Source: Bacteroidota bacterium (GTDB lineage: Bacteria > Bacteroidota > Bacteroidia > M30B66). From it: a DNA stretch of 64,000 bases. The notes below the pieces were generated by a model that worked only from the letters and a program-made list of their open reading frames with translations, did no database searches and was not told the DNA's origin. Positions 9,530 to 18,819 of the stretch are shown in pieces (the first letter of the stretch is position 1; the number at the start of each line of letters is the position of its first letter). Made by a program: the position numbers and the translations under genes. The DNA is taken from contig JAIXUS010000078.1 of assembly GCA_027483445.1 (NCBI GenBank), forward strand, positions 24,792 to 88,791, given 5' to 3'.

Positions 9530-10714
9530 ATGGCTGATTTACCGAACAACAGAGCTGTAGCGCACATTGACCTTGACAGTTTTTTCGTCAGTGTTGAGTG
9601 TTTGCGCGACACCCGCCTGAAAGGGTTGCCGCTCATTATTGGGGGCAACAGCGACAGGGCCGTGGTTTCGTCGTGCAGTTATGAGGCCCGGCGTTTTGGG
9701 GTACATTCGGCCATGCCGGTTAAGCTGGCCAAACGCCTTTGTCCGGATGCCCTAGTTATTCAAGGCGACATGGAATTGTACAGTCGTTATTCGCAGTTGG
9801 TAACCGATGTGGTTCGTGATTCGGTTCCACTGTATGAGAAGGCCTCTATTGACGAGTTTTATCTCGACTTAAGTGGTATGGATCGCTATTTTGGTACCTG
9901 GCGGTGGATGGTAGAGCTAAAGGATAAGATTGTTCGTGAAACCGGGCTTCCGAACACCTTTGCACTTTCGGTGAACAAAACCGTTTCGAAAATTGGAACC
10001 GGAGAAGCCAAGCCGAACGGGCAGTTACAGGTGCCGTTTGGAACGGAAAGATCGTTTCTTTCGCCGCTTTCTATCCGGAAAATCCCAATGATAGGCGATA
10101 AAACATATACCACTTTGTGCAGCATGGGTATTCGTCGCATCGAGACGCTTCAGCAGATGCCGGTAAGAGCCATGGAACAAGTGATGGGTAAGCATGGTAT
10201 CCTGATTTGGAACAAGGCCAATGGTATTGATAACAGTCCGGTAGAACCCTATCATGAGCAAAAATCGATTTCTACCGAACACACCTTCGAAACTGACACT
10301 ATTGATGTTGTAAAGCTGCGTGAACTTCTTGCGGCCATGTCGGAAAAGCTGGCCTACAAGCTCAGGCGGAAAAACCGGCTTTGTGGTTGCATCGCGGTAA
10401 AGATTCGGTATGCCGACTTTGATACGGTGACCAAGCAGTTGAAGATTCCGTATACGGCCAACGATAAAACCATCTTACAGACGGTGCAGCAGTTGTTTAA
10501 GCAAAGCTATCAGCGGCGCTTACGCATTCGCCTTATCGGCGTCAGGCTGAGCGACTTGGTGCAAGGCTCATTGCAAATCAGCCTGTTCGACGACACGCCA
10601 GAGATTATTAACCTTTATCAGGCCATGGACCGTATCCGAAATCGTTACGGGGCAACAGCCGTTCAGCGGGCCATTACGCTGGGCGTCGACTTTAGAGAAT
10701 ATCAGTCGGAGTAG
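9530..10714 (+). CDS. dinB: DNA polymerase IV (Y-family)
   Basis: AHIDLDSFFVSVE, SCSYEARRFGVHSAMP, ASIDEFYLD, little-finger KIRYADF...IRLIGV. Confidence 0.95.
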   Translation: MADLPNNRAVAHIDLDSFFVSVECLRDTRLKGLPLIIGGNSDRAVVSSCSYEARRFGVHSAMPVKLAKRLCPDALVIQGDMELYSRYSQLVTDVVRDSVPLYEKASIDEFYLDLSGMDRYFGTWRWMVELKDKIVRETGLPNTFALSVNKTVSKIGTGEAKPNGQLQVPFGTERSFLSPLSIRKIPMIGDKTYTTLCSMGIRRIETLQQMPVRAMEQVMGKHGILIWNKANGIDNSPVEPYHEQKSISTEHTFETDTIDVVKLRELLAAMSEKLAYKLRRKNRLCGCIAVKIRYADFDTVTKQLKIPYTANDKTILQTVQQLFKQSYQRRLRIRLIGVRLSDLVQGSLQISLFDDTPEIINLYQAMDRIRNRYGATAVQRAITLGVDFREYQSE

Positions 10715-10745
10715 TTGCTCACCTTCCAATACAGTTGTTAGCATG

Positions 10746-12572
10746 CTACTCGGACTTGAGCAAGGGAAATGAAAATCGTTCGTTTTGACGCTCTACTATC
10801 AGAAAATAAGCTCCGGATGAAAGGTGAGTCAAGGTAAATGCGCTATGTCCGGCTGCTATCCGTCGGCCATCCACAATTTTACCGCTCAAATCGGTAATAT
10901 AAAGTTGGTCATCAGCCTTTAGGCCTTGAATGTTTAATTCGCGCTGAAACGGGATTGGCCAAATGTTCAGAAGAGGACCTCCAGTGAAGGACTCGATGCC
11001 TGTGACCACATTCAGGTTGGTGGTTACAACGCTATCACAGCCATTTGCAGCGACGAAAACATCGATATAGGTTTCTTCTTCGGTATATGTGCTGTTTCCG
11101 ACCGAATAGCTTTCGCCTTCGGTAATCGTTACATTCTGATTGGTATTTATGTTTGGAATCACTGAAAGTTGCGTGGTAACCAAGCTGTCGCAACCACTTG
11201 GCAAGCTGAGTAAATCTGTATATGTGCCACTTGAATTGTAGGTGTTGTTGCCAACAATAACCGATTCTCCGCTACAGATGCTCATTACTTGGGTTGAAGA
11301 AACCTCTGAACACTCTCCCTGTATTCGAACGATGGCAAAATCGTTTTGCCCTTGGAAGTCGGTACTTCCTACCAGTACAATTTTACCATCTGCTTGTAGT
11401 GCTACGGCATGGGCATAATCATATGTTCCCGAAATATCGACGGTTGTTTTTCCATCCATGCTAAAAAGATTGTCAAGTGTTCCATTGGGCAAATAGCGCA
11501 ACACCGACATGTTGTATAGATTGTAATTCGAGTAACCAGCGGCAACAATTCGTCCGTCGGCATCTAAACTGAGGTCGGTCAAATTATCAAACGAATCGCT
11601 CATGTCAGTTTCAACGATGCCATCACCACTAAATGAATTGTCGAGACTTCCATTTGAATTGAATCTGGCAAGCGCAAAATCAACGTTACTGGTCGCGGAA
11701 ATCAATAATTTTCCGTTAGACAGTTGTAAAATTCCTGTGGCAAAGTCATCATAAGCATCCAATGAAAGGGTTCGAATCCCATCGCCATCAAAGCTTGCGT
11801 CGAGCACTCCATTCGACAAATAGCGAACTACGGCCACATCACTGTAACTTCCGTCGCTCACAAATCCTGCCACTGCAATTTTTCCATCGGCTTGTTCGAT
11901 TAAATCTAAGGCAGTGCTGCTTGCACCAATTTCGGTGAGTAGTTGACCTGTTCCATCACCGAACGATTGATCTAATGTGCCATTGCTGTTTAATTTTAAT
12001 ACGGTGATGTGAGTTCATGCACCGGTATAGCCTCCGCTGCCGGCCAATAATATGGAACCGTCGGTTTGTATAGCCAATGAATTTATGCTGATGCTTCCTT
12101 CGAGGCTGTAGGAAAACATTCCATCTCCGCTAAATGTGGCATCAAGCTCGCCGTTTGGCAAGTAGCGCGCAACGGCCATGATGAAATATGAGCCAACCAA
12201 GGTTGCTCCTGCAACTACAATCTTCCCATCGGTTTGCAATGCGGCACACTCGGCCACTGAAATGTTACTACTCCCAAATTGGGTTTCAACTTTGCCATTT
12301 ACCCCAAAGTTTAAATCTAAACTACCGTCGGAATTCAACCTGACCAAAGAAAATTTATTAATAAAGTTGTTATTGCAACTTCCTACAATAATTATCTTCT
12401 CATCCGGTTGAATTAGGACATCTTTTGCTTCATCATTCTCCGTATGAAAGTCGAGAATTATCTTGCCACCGAGTCCAAAGGAATTGTCTAAAACACCAGG
12501 CTGAGCCATGGTTGGATTTCCGTTCAGAAAATGGAAGATGCATATAACCATCAATAGGATTGCGGTTTTCAT
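10746..12572 (-). pseudogene. T9SS type-A sorting domain protein with delta-60 (beta-propeller) repeats, interrupted by a single in-frame TGA at 12015-12017
   Basis: ORFs 12015..12686 and 10746..11873 share a frame. The 141 nt between them translate without stops as THITVLKLNSNGTLDQSFGDGTGQ...EQADGKI, a normal delta-60 repeat. C-terminal T9SS CTD present (WPIPF...SGAYFL). Confidence 0.85.
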
Positions 12573-12740
12573 TGTAGCGTAGTTTGTTTGAAAGTGCAAA
12601 TTAGAATTTATGACTGAAACAGAAAACGAATGGGTTGTTTCATGGTGGATGAATCGAGTGTATGGGTATTTCTGAATTGCATTCAATGAATTTAAATTTA
12701 CCTACTACGATTAAATATGTGCTGAGTAAAAAGAACAGCC

Positions 12741-12960
12741 AAACGGAATATTAATTTCTACTTACCACCCCGAAATCTGTTGATGAAATGGTCGTGTAGA
12801 CTGGATTTTTTTCTTGACAATTGGGGAGAAATAGGCGAGGGGATTCCCACAGCTTTCCCCTTCCCGGTTTAAAGTTCGGCCTCAGCGACATACGCCCGAC
12901 TCCCCGATTTTTTTTAAATCAACAGCACTGTGGAAAACCCGGTGGATGAGTGGTGGAAAA
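12741..12960. repeat. 220-bp direct repeat, copy 1
   Basis: Aligns ungapped to 13095-13314 with 6 substitutions (214/220 identical). Confidence 0.97.
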
Positions 12961-13094
12961 CGCAGAGCACTCTATAAAATCGAGGAATAACTCAGCTTTT
13001 ATTTTTTTTGGGGTCCATTCAGTACAAAATGGGTGGAAATCCAACCCAAACGATGCAATGTTCGCCTCTTGTACTTTGGCTTCCTGAAATGGAA

Positions 13095-13314
13095 AAACGG
13101 AATATTAATTTCTACTTACCACCCCGAAATCTGTTGATGAAATGGTCGTGTAGACTGCATTTTTTTCTTGACAATTGGGGTGAAATGGGCGAGGGGATTC
13201 CCACAGCTTTCCCCTTCCCGGTTTAAAGTTCGGCCCCAGCGACATACGCCCGACTGACCGATTTTTTTTAAATCAACAGCACTGTGGAAAACCCGGTGGA
13301 TGAGTGGTGGAAAA
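13095..13314. repeat. 220-bp direct repeat, copy 2 (period 354 bp, 134-bp unique spacer)
   Basis: Manual alignment to 12741-12960. Confidence 0.97.
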
Positions 13315-13470
13315 AGAAATATCAGACTCTTAAGTCAAGTGGTGGGGCAGAATTCCTAAAGCAGGGCAATTAACCTAGATCCTTTCTCGATTGACTCTTG
13401 GTTTTCGAAACGGTAATTGTTTCATTTTATAAGTCCTGAAAAAGAGGTTTTACTTCACTCATTCGACAAA

Positions 13471-13770
13471 ATGAAAAACATTCAATCGTTGGCATATAGT
13501 CATCAAAAAAACAATTGAAATGCTTGATGCTCTTCGAAAAGCTTATTATTGGGGGCGTTATTTATATGAAGAATTGTGGAGATCAGAAAATGACTCCAAT
13601 AGTGCTAACGGTTTGTTCGGTTGTATGGCCTTACTCTCAATCTAGAAACACTACAGAGGCAGGGCTACGAAGCATAGCTGTTTTATACCGAAAAAAATAT
13701 TGCACGTGTTAATTCAATGGTGAATGGATTTTAGAATGTCAACCGCAAAACTCACATCTAGCCCTATTCA
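13471..13770 (+). pseudogene. Possible decayed gene remnant of unknown family
   Basis: Protein-like frames MKNIQSLAYSHQK / MLDALRKAYYWGRYLYEELWRSEND... / LETLQRQGYEA*LFYTEKNIARVNSMVNGF* broken by an A7 run and stops. Confidence 0.25.
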
Positions 13771-13828
13771 ATGTTGACTTAAACGGTTAGAAATAAGTCT
13801 ACTGAGTTTTCAGAATGCGATGTTACGC

Positions 13829-14554
13829 TTAGACAATTGAGGCCCAAACCATGAAGGCTATCCAAAAGAAAAGCAATGCGATTACAATTCCATAATAAAG
13901 TTGTAAACCACTTTTTCTTTTATTGAAATTCCCTGAAGTTTGAGCAACGTGAATAAGTTCTGATTGAGCTTGATTACTATCAGTTACAACGACCAGCGGT
14001 GTTTTTATTTCAACTTCCGAATTCAGGAGTTCAGGTGTTTCACTAGTGCTAGAAACTTCATCTTTGGGCAATTCAGGCGGAACAACTTCTTGAATAGTGG
14101 GCGCATCGGCGGCGGGAATAATTATTTCGTATGGATATTCAAGCTCAGGCTGTGCAAACTGTTTTCCGACTTCCTCCACGAGCTCAGCTGTAGCATCGCG
14201 TTGGTAAAGACTTGGCTCTATAGGCAGAACATAATCAGTAGCATCGCTTGTTTCAACCAAGTCTTGAATCTGATCATCGCTCGGTATCGTTAAATCTCCG
14301 CTGGAGCCCATTTCCAGCAGAGCCGGACGAAGTTTTTGCCATTCAACACGGGTAAATCCGATTTGAAGCTCGTCGTCTTGGTCGAGAATGTGGCGACTCA
14401 CTCGTTGTCCGTTCACAAAAGTTCCATACTTACTTTTGAGGTCATCCACCTGAATTTTACCTTGTTCAGTAACAGTGAGAATGCAATGGAAATCCTCCGC
14501 AATCCGGTCTTTTAAAACCAAATCATTTTGTGGATTCTTACCTATGCGAAACAT
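13829..14554 (-). CDS. FHA-domain protein with acidic/Pro-rich linker and C-terminal membrane anchor
   Basis: N-terminal FHA (FRIGK...DDLKSKYGTFVNGQRV...LQIG); C-terminal hydrophobic helix LYYGIVIALLFFWIAFMVWASIV. Confidence 0.8.
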   Translation of the reverse strand: MFRIGKNPQNDLVLKDRIAEDFHCILTVTEQGKIQVDDLKSKYGTFVNGQRVSRHILDQDDELQIGFTRVEWQKLRPALLEMGSSGDLTIPSDDQIQDLVETSDATDYVLPIEPSLYQRDATAELVEEVGKQFAQPELEYPYEIIIPAADAPTIQEVVPPELPKDEVSSTSETPELLNSEVEIKTPLVVVTDSNQAQSELIHVAQTSGNFNKRKSGLQLYYGIVIALLFFWIAFMVWASIV

Positions 14555-14559
14555 CAACC

Positions 14560-16098
14560 TTACAATTTTAGCGTCAATTCAATAGTGCCTAAACGAATTC
14601 GGTCGCCACTTTGAATGAGCTTTTTGCGGATACGCTCACCATTCACAAAAGTTCCATTTGTACTTCCCATATCCTCCAGCTCGATACCCTCTTTGAGTTT
14701 ACGTACAACGGCGTGCCTTCCGGTAATGGTTATTTCTTTAATAATGATATCGTTCGTATCGTGCCGGCCAATTACGGTTTCCTCTTTTTCGAGTGGATAG
14801 CTTTGGGTTCTACCATTTTGACTCACCAAAAGAACAGGCCCTGAGGGGACAGGCGGTTTGGGCGTTGTGCTACGAATCGGCTCATGTGTGTTGCGTTCGC
14901 CGCTTACCACGGCCGACTGAACACGCGGATTGGTAAACCCTCCGGTGCGAAGCACAGTTGCTTGATTCTCAATGGGTGCAAGCAATTCGGTTTCCTCTTC
15001 TGAATTGCTTTGCGCACGTGACTTTCGCTTCGAAAAGAGGTTAATCATAATCATCATAACCACGATTAGCCCGAAAATACCTACCGAAATCCAGAGGTAT
15101 TTCTTGTAATCATCAGGAATAAACTCTTCGCTGTTGGGCGCATTCAAAATGAGAATCTGACGGGAGCCTTTGAACTTCAAATCGACTTTAGCCGTGCGCA
15201 ATTGCAATGGGTCGGTTACGGTAAATCGGGCTTCGTAAAACGCATCTTTCATGCTTTCGGGCACCGGAAGATTGAGAATGTCGGTTATGGCATTGGTGAT
15301 TTCAACTTCCGATTTACAATTGAAGTATTTACCTCCAGTTTTACGGCTAATTAAGTCCATGCGCCCCGCACTGTAAGCGCTATCATTCATTAGAATGGTA
15401 AGCGAATGAATAGGAATTCCAAATTCTTTGGCTTTTCCGATTACTTCGCTGCTTGTAGCCGGGTACTGGCTGTTGTTTCGGGCTGCCGACAATACAATGA
15501 ACAGCCTGTGCTGTGGTAGCGAAGATTGAGCGAACATCTTGTCGAGCGACGACAGTATATTCTTGTACAAGTCAGACCTTCGGGCGGTATCTTCAACAGC
15601 ACGAAGTCGCGATAGCAAAGCTTCACGGATGCGTCCGTGACTTGTGGTAAACTCCGAGTTGAGCAAGGTTAGTCCCGTACTGTCAACTTCAAAAGAGCCA
15701 AAATATCCTACATTGATTAAGTCCTCAGGCTCAAGATTGTCCAACGCATTCACCATACCGTCGCGAATGCCGATGAGGCTTTTCCCAAAAGTATTTCCAG
15801 AAGCTTCAAGAAGAAAAAACACAGCCCGTCCTCGCTCAGGGGCTGCTCCAGGAGCGCTTTCGTTGATGGTAAACTGAATTAACTTGTTGTCTTGAGAAAC
15901 ACTCAAATCATTCTCATCAAACTTTTTCCGCCCTTTATATACAAGTTGAACCCGAATTTCAGGGAATGCCGATGTGTCGACCGATAAAACCTGTAATTCC
16001 TGAGCCTTGGCAGGAAAGGTGATCAACACTACCAAACAAGTCCAAACGAGTCCTTTCAGAATCCCGATGTATGACCTTTGTTGACAAAGCAAGCGCAT
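14560..16098 (-). CDS. Signal peptide - VWA domain - TM helix - C-terminal FHA domain protein (start uncertain, 16098 or 16110)
   Basis: VWA strands FFLLEASG, FIVLSAA, IPIHSL, SRKTGGKYF; TM YLWISVGIFGLIVVMMIMINLF; FHA IGRHDTND...TGRHAVV...DMGSTNGTFVNG. Confidence 0.85.
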   Translation of the reverse strand: MRLLCQQRSYIGILKGLVWTCLVVLITFPAKAQELQVLSVDTSAFPEIRVQLVYKGRKKFDENDLSVSQDNKLIQFTINESAPGAAPERGRAVFFLLEASGNTFGKSLIGIRDGMVNALDNLEPEDLINVGYFGSFEVDSTGLTLLNSEFTTSHGRIREALLSRLRAVEDTARRSDLYKNILSSLDKMFAQSSLPQHRLFIVLSAARNNSQYPATSSEVIGKAKEFGIPIHSLTILMNDSAYSAGRMDLISRKTGGKYFNCKSEVEITNAITDILNLPVPESMKDAFYEARFTVTDPLQLRTAKVDLKFKGSRQILILNAPNSEEFIPDDYKKYLWISVGIFGLIVVMMIMINLFSKRKSRAQSNSEEETELLAPIENQATVLRTGGFTNPRVQSAVVSGERNTHEPIRSTTPKPPVPSGPVLLVSQNGRTQSYPLEKEETVIGRHDTNDIIIKEITITGRHAVVRKLKEGIELEDMGSTNGTFVNGERIRKKLIQSGDRIRLGTIELTLKL

Positions 16099-16223
16099 AG
16101 CATTCTGCACGATGGAAAGATTACGTTTTTCTTGTGTTTAATGGCAAAAATGGGAAAAATAGGCGCGTTATTTTTGTGGCCTAACCACAGTTATTAACTA
16201 AATTATTTACATATTCGGGGGAC

Positions 16224-16958
16224 ATGAAAGAACTCTTTACGCTAATCAAATCAATGCTGGGCGACCGCTACGAACGCCGGGTACAAATCGTTGTTTTCAC
16301 TTCGGTGCTTATGCTTAGCCTTGTATACTATCTGGGTTCAGGTTCTGTGTTGGGTTTGAAGGTTTATTCGCTTAACCACAACTCAATATGGCTTAGTCCG
16401 CTTGCCGCTCGTTGCCTTTGGGCCCTATTGTGTTTTTGCTGTTATGCCTGCATTCCATTTTTGGTTTCGCGCTTCGTCCTCGGTATTCCTCTAAATGCCC
16501 AGGGGTTTACGCTTCGCATTCCGCCCACCCATGTAAAGGGTTACTGGGCTGCCGCCGGATTCATGTTTCCACTGGTATTGGCCGCTTCGTTTTTGCCGGC
16601 GTTTCAACGCACCTACCCATTTGTTGAGTTACAACTCGAGCCGTTTGCGTGGAAGGAATTTCTGATTTGGGAGTTTTTCTATCTGCTCCAATTTGTGGGT
16701 GTTGAGTACTTTTTTCGGAGTTTCTTACTTTTTCCATTGGCTGAAAAATTTGGGAAAATGACAGTCTACCTCTCAATTTTACCCTATGTGATGATTCATT
16801 TCGGTAAGCCCTTGCCTGAAACTTTAGCGGCCGCGTTCGCGGGATGGCTCCTCGGTAACCTAGCTCTGCGTTCCGGAAGTATTGTGCCCGGAATTGCCTT
16901 GCATTTTGGTGTGGCCTTGAGTATGGATGTACTCAGCCTTTGGCAACAAAGCCGATGA
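16224..16958 (+). CDS. CPBP (Abi/CAAX-like) intramembrane metalloprotease
   Basis: Multiple TM helices; VEYFFR, IHFGKP and IALH motifs. Confidence 0.8.
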   Translation: MKELFTLIKSMLGDRYERRVQIVVFTSVLMLSLVYYLGSGSVLGLKVYSLNHNSIWLSPLAARCLWALLCFCCYACIPFLVSRFVLGIPLNAQGFTLRIPPTHVKGYWAAAGFMFPLVLAASFLPAFQRTYPFVELQLEPFAWKEFLIWEFFYLLQFVGVEYFFRSFLLFPLAEKFGKMTVYLSILPYVMIHFGKPLPETLAAAFAGWLLGNLALRSGSIVPGIALHFGVALSMDVLSLWQQSR

Positions 16959-16973
16959 AGCTCAAGCTATATA

Positions 16974-17598
16974 TCACTTTTCTGAAATTTCCAAGAATTA
17001 TCTGAATCCAACAGAATTGCTTTTTGAATCACCTTCTTTAAATTCTTCGGTTGCCTCAATTTTCATAGATTCTTGATTGTCAGTCCAACCTCCTCCTTTT
17101 GTTTTTCCTTTTGTTGAAATCACTTCTGCAATATTACCGCTCATTGTATTTAGCCCAAAATTGTTGGGCCAATAAGCGTTAACATTCGCTTCTGTATTTT
17201 TTTCTTTTACTTGAGTTATACTGTTAAGTTAACCAGTCACAATAAAGCAAAGCAGCTTCATACGAAACATTTACCAATGGATGATTGCTGTAGGCTTTAT
17301 GATTAAGATAATATTTAATATATGGGTGTTCTTTATCATTGTTTTCATTACAGTTTGCAGTATCAATTTGTGCAACATTTAGTTGCTCCTTCAGTTTGTT
17401 CAGCTTTAGAAACAATCGAAAATCTGAGTATTGTTTATTTGTTACTTCAAATTTAGATGCCAACAAGGAATCATTAATTTTCACGAATGATTCCTTTATA
17501 TCCTTTCTGCTGAAATTGATTTGTTGAGCAAAAACGTTCGCTAAAAACAAAAAGAGTAATGTGGTTAAAAATAGTTGTTTAAAAGTTAGTTCTAGCAT
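16974..17598 (-). pseudogene. Formylglycine-generating-enzyme/sulfatase-modifying (SUMF1/GldK-like) family pseudogene
   Basis: FEVTNKQY...HPLVNVSYEAALLYCDWLT*QYNSSK, then after a frameshift YWPNNFGLNTMSGNIAEV...KGGGW...NSVGFR*FLEI. Two nonsense codons (17224-17226, 16998-17000); the central RLPTEAEWE segment is missing. Confidence 0.8.
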
Positions 17599-17610
17599 GT
17601 TTTTTCGATA

Positions 17611-17733
17611 TGTGACGAGGCTTTGAGAAAGTGGTTCCATTACCCTGCGATCTTGTTTTGAAAACCAATGCCCAATCTAACGAAACCGTTATAAAAAAAA
17701 CCAACCGCAACTTTTGCAATACCGCTGTTATGT
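17611..17733 (-). repeat. attC-like imperfect inverted repeat between the deacetylase gene and the FGE pseudogene
   Basis: Minus strand reads ACATAACAGCGGTATTGCAAAAGTTGCGG ... CCACTTTCTCAAAGCCTCGTCACA just after the upstream stop codon; the right arm is degenerate. Confidence 0.5.
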
Positions 17734-17738
17734 GCTGC

Positions 17739-18689
17739 CTATTTCTGATTCGTTCTCTTTTTATATTGCTCTAAATAACTTTCTAAGGGGGCTTTTTCAT
17801 ACTCTCCATCTTCAGCTGGATAGCGTAATTCTTTTGAAATCCAATCTATCTCCTTTGCGCATTGCCAAATTATACTTTCTCCACAAGGGACTATACTGGG
17901 TTGTAATTGAAACACATCATCAGTAAACGCATCTTTGGCGTCAATTAATTTCCACCCATTTGCATTCAGTTCATTTAGCAAATCGTTGAGAAATAAAGCG
18001 TTTAATAAAGAATGATGTATTAGCAGCGTGTGTTTTATGTCTCTTTTAAACAACAAGTGTGCTAATGAATCATAATAATTAACTCTATCTAAAATATGCT
18101 TTATGTAGTATTCTTTGTAGGGTGTTAAATCGGCATTAATGTCTTTTTGCAATGCGGTAGTTAATTGGGCATCAATGAACCAGTCCGATGCATCAATAGT
18201 CACATAGCCATTTTTGTAACCTTCATTCTTCAATACATATCTCATCGAATCTCTCTTTTCAACAGAGTTTCCTTCTTTTAGAAAAGGAAATCTGAATAGT
18301 TGATTGTAATTTTTGTAGTTTCTAATTATACTATCGCCTTTTTTAAAATCGGCAACATAAATCTTACTTGTTATTGATTTTGAATTATAATATAAGTGTG
18401 AATATGAATGATTACAAATCAAATGATTTTTCGAATCCCAATTATTTAATAATACCTTTCCATTATAATTATCAACGCGCATTCCACAAACAAAAAGGGC
18501 AGCTTTAATTTTATGTAAATCAAGCGTTTTTAAAATCATGCTATCTCTTACCAACCAATTTAATTTAGGTGTTTCTTTGGTAGTCGGGTCGTCTATTGTA
18601 ATTGCAATCTGCTTTTGAGCAAATGTTGAGCTATTCAGTATGCAAAAGAATATTCCGGCTAGTATTGTCTTCCTGTATCTTCTTTTCAT
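17739..18689 (-). CDS. Polysaccharide deacetylase family (NodB/CE4) protein, secreted, AT-rich
   Basis: IAITIDD, LICNHSYSH, FRFPFL, LLIHH motifs; N-terminal signal peptide; composition clearly more AT-rich than flanking core genes. Confidence 0.88.
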   Translation of the reverse strand: MKRRYRKTILAGIFFCILNSSTFAQKQIAITIDDPTTKETPKLNWLVRDSMILKTLDLHKIKAALFVCGMRVDNYNGKVLLNNWDSKNHLICNHSYSHLYYNSKSITSKIYVADFKKGDSIIRNYKNYNQLFRFPFLKEGNSVEKRDSMRYVLKNEGYKNGYVTIDASDWFIDAQLTTALQKDINADLTPYKEYYIKHILDRVNYYDSLAHLLFKRDIKHTLLIHHSLLNALFLNDLLNELNANGWKLIDAKDAFTDDVFQLQPSIVPCGESIIWQCAKEIDWISKELRYPAEDGEYEKAPLESYLEQYKKRTNQK

Positions 18690-18714
18690 GTGTTTGTCGG
18701 GATTTTTTGTTAGG

Positions 18715-18790
18715 TTGCAAATAACTAGTATTTATCTGCCTATCTATTGCATATTTTTCGTTTTTCGGTTACGAATTAACGCTCATTTAC
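18715..18790 (-). other. Putative cassette 5' boundary (GTTAT-TTGCAA core site plus residual arm)
   Basis: Minus strand ...ATGCAATAGATAGGCAGATAAATACTA GTTAT TTGCAACCTAACAAAAAATCCCGACAAACAC ATG; GTTAT at 18725-18721. Confidence 0.4.
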
Positions 18791-18819
18791 TCACCTTTCA
18801 AAGCCAACTTTACATACCT

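Noticed and set aside
12015-12017. Selenocysteine or genome-wide TGA recoding
   Set aside because: No hairpin follows the TGA (ACTCACATCACCGTATTAAAA), the context is not redox-like, and many intact genes here end with TGA.
12800-12910. TPP-riboswitch-like GGGCG...GCUGAG on the minus strand of the repeat
   Set aside because: The UGAG is UGGG in copy 2, and the CCUGAU/AGCG-type half of the aptamer is missing.
12700-13830. Calling the duplicated region oriC
   Set aside because: Only one perfect DnaA box per copy and no dnaA/gidA nearby. Spot counts of single 60-nt lines gave mostly G>C on both sides of it up to about 21 kb, not the C-to-G switch expected at an origin. Kept only as a hypothesis.
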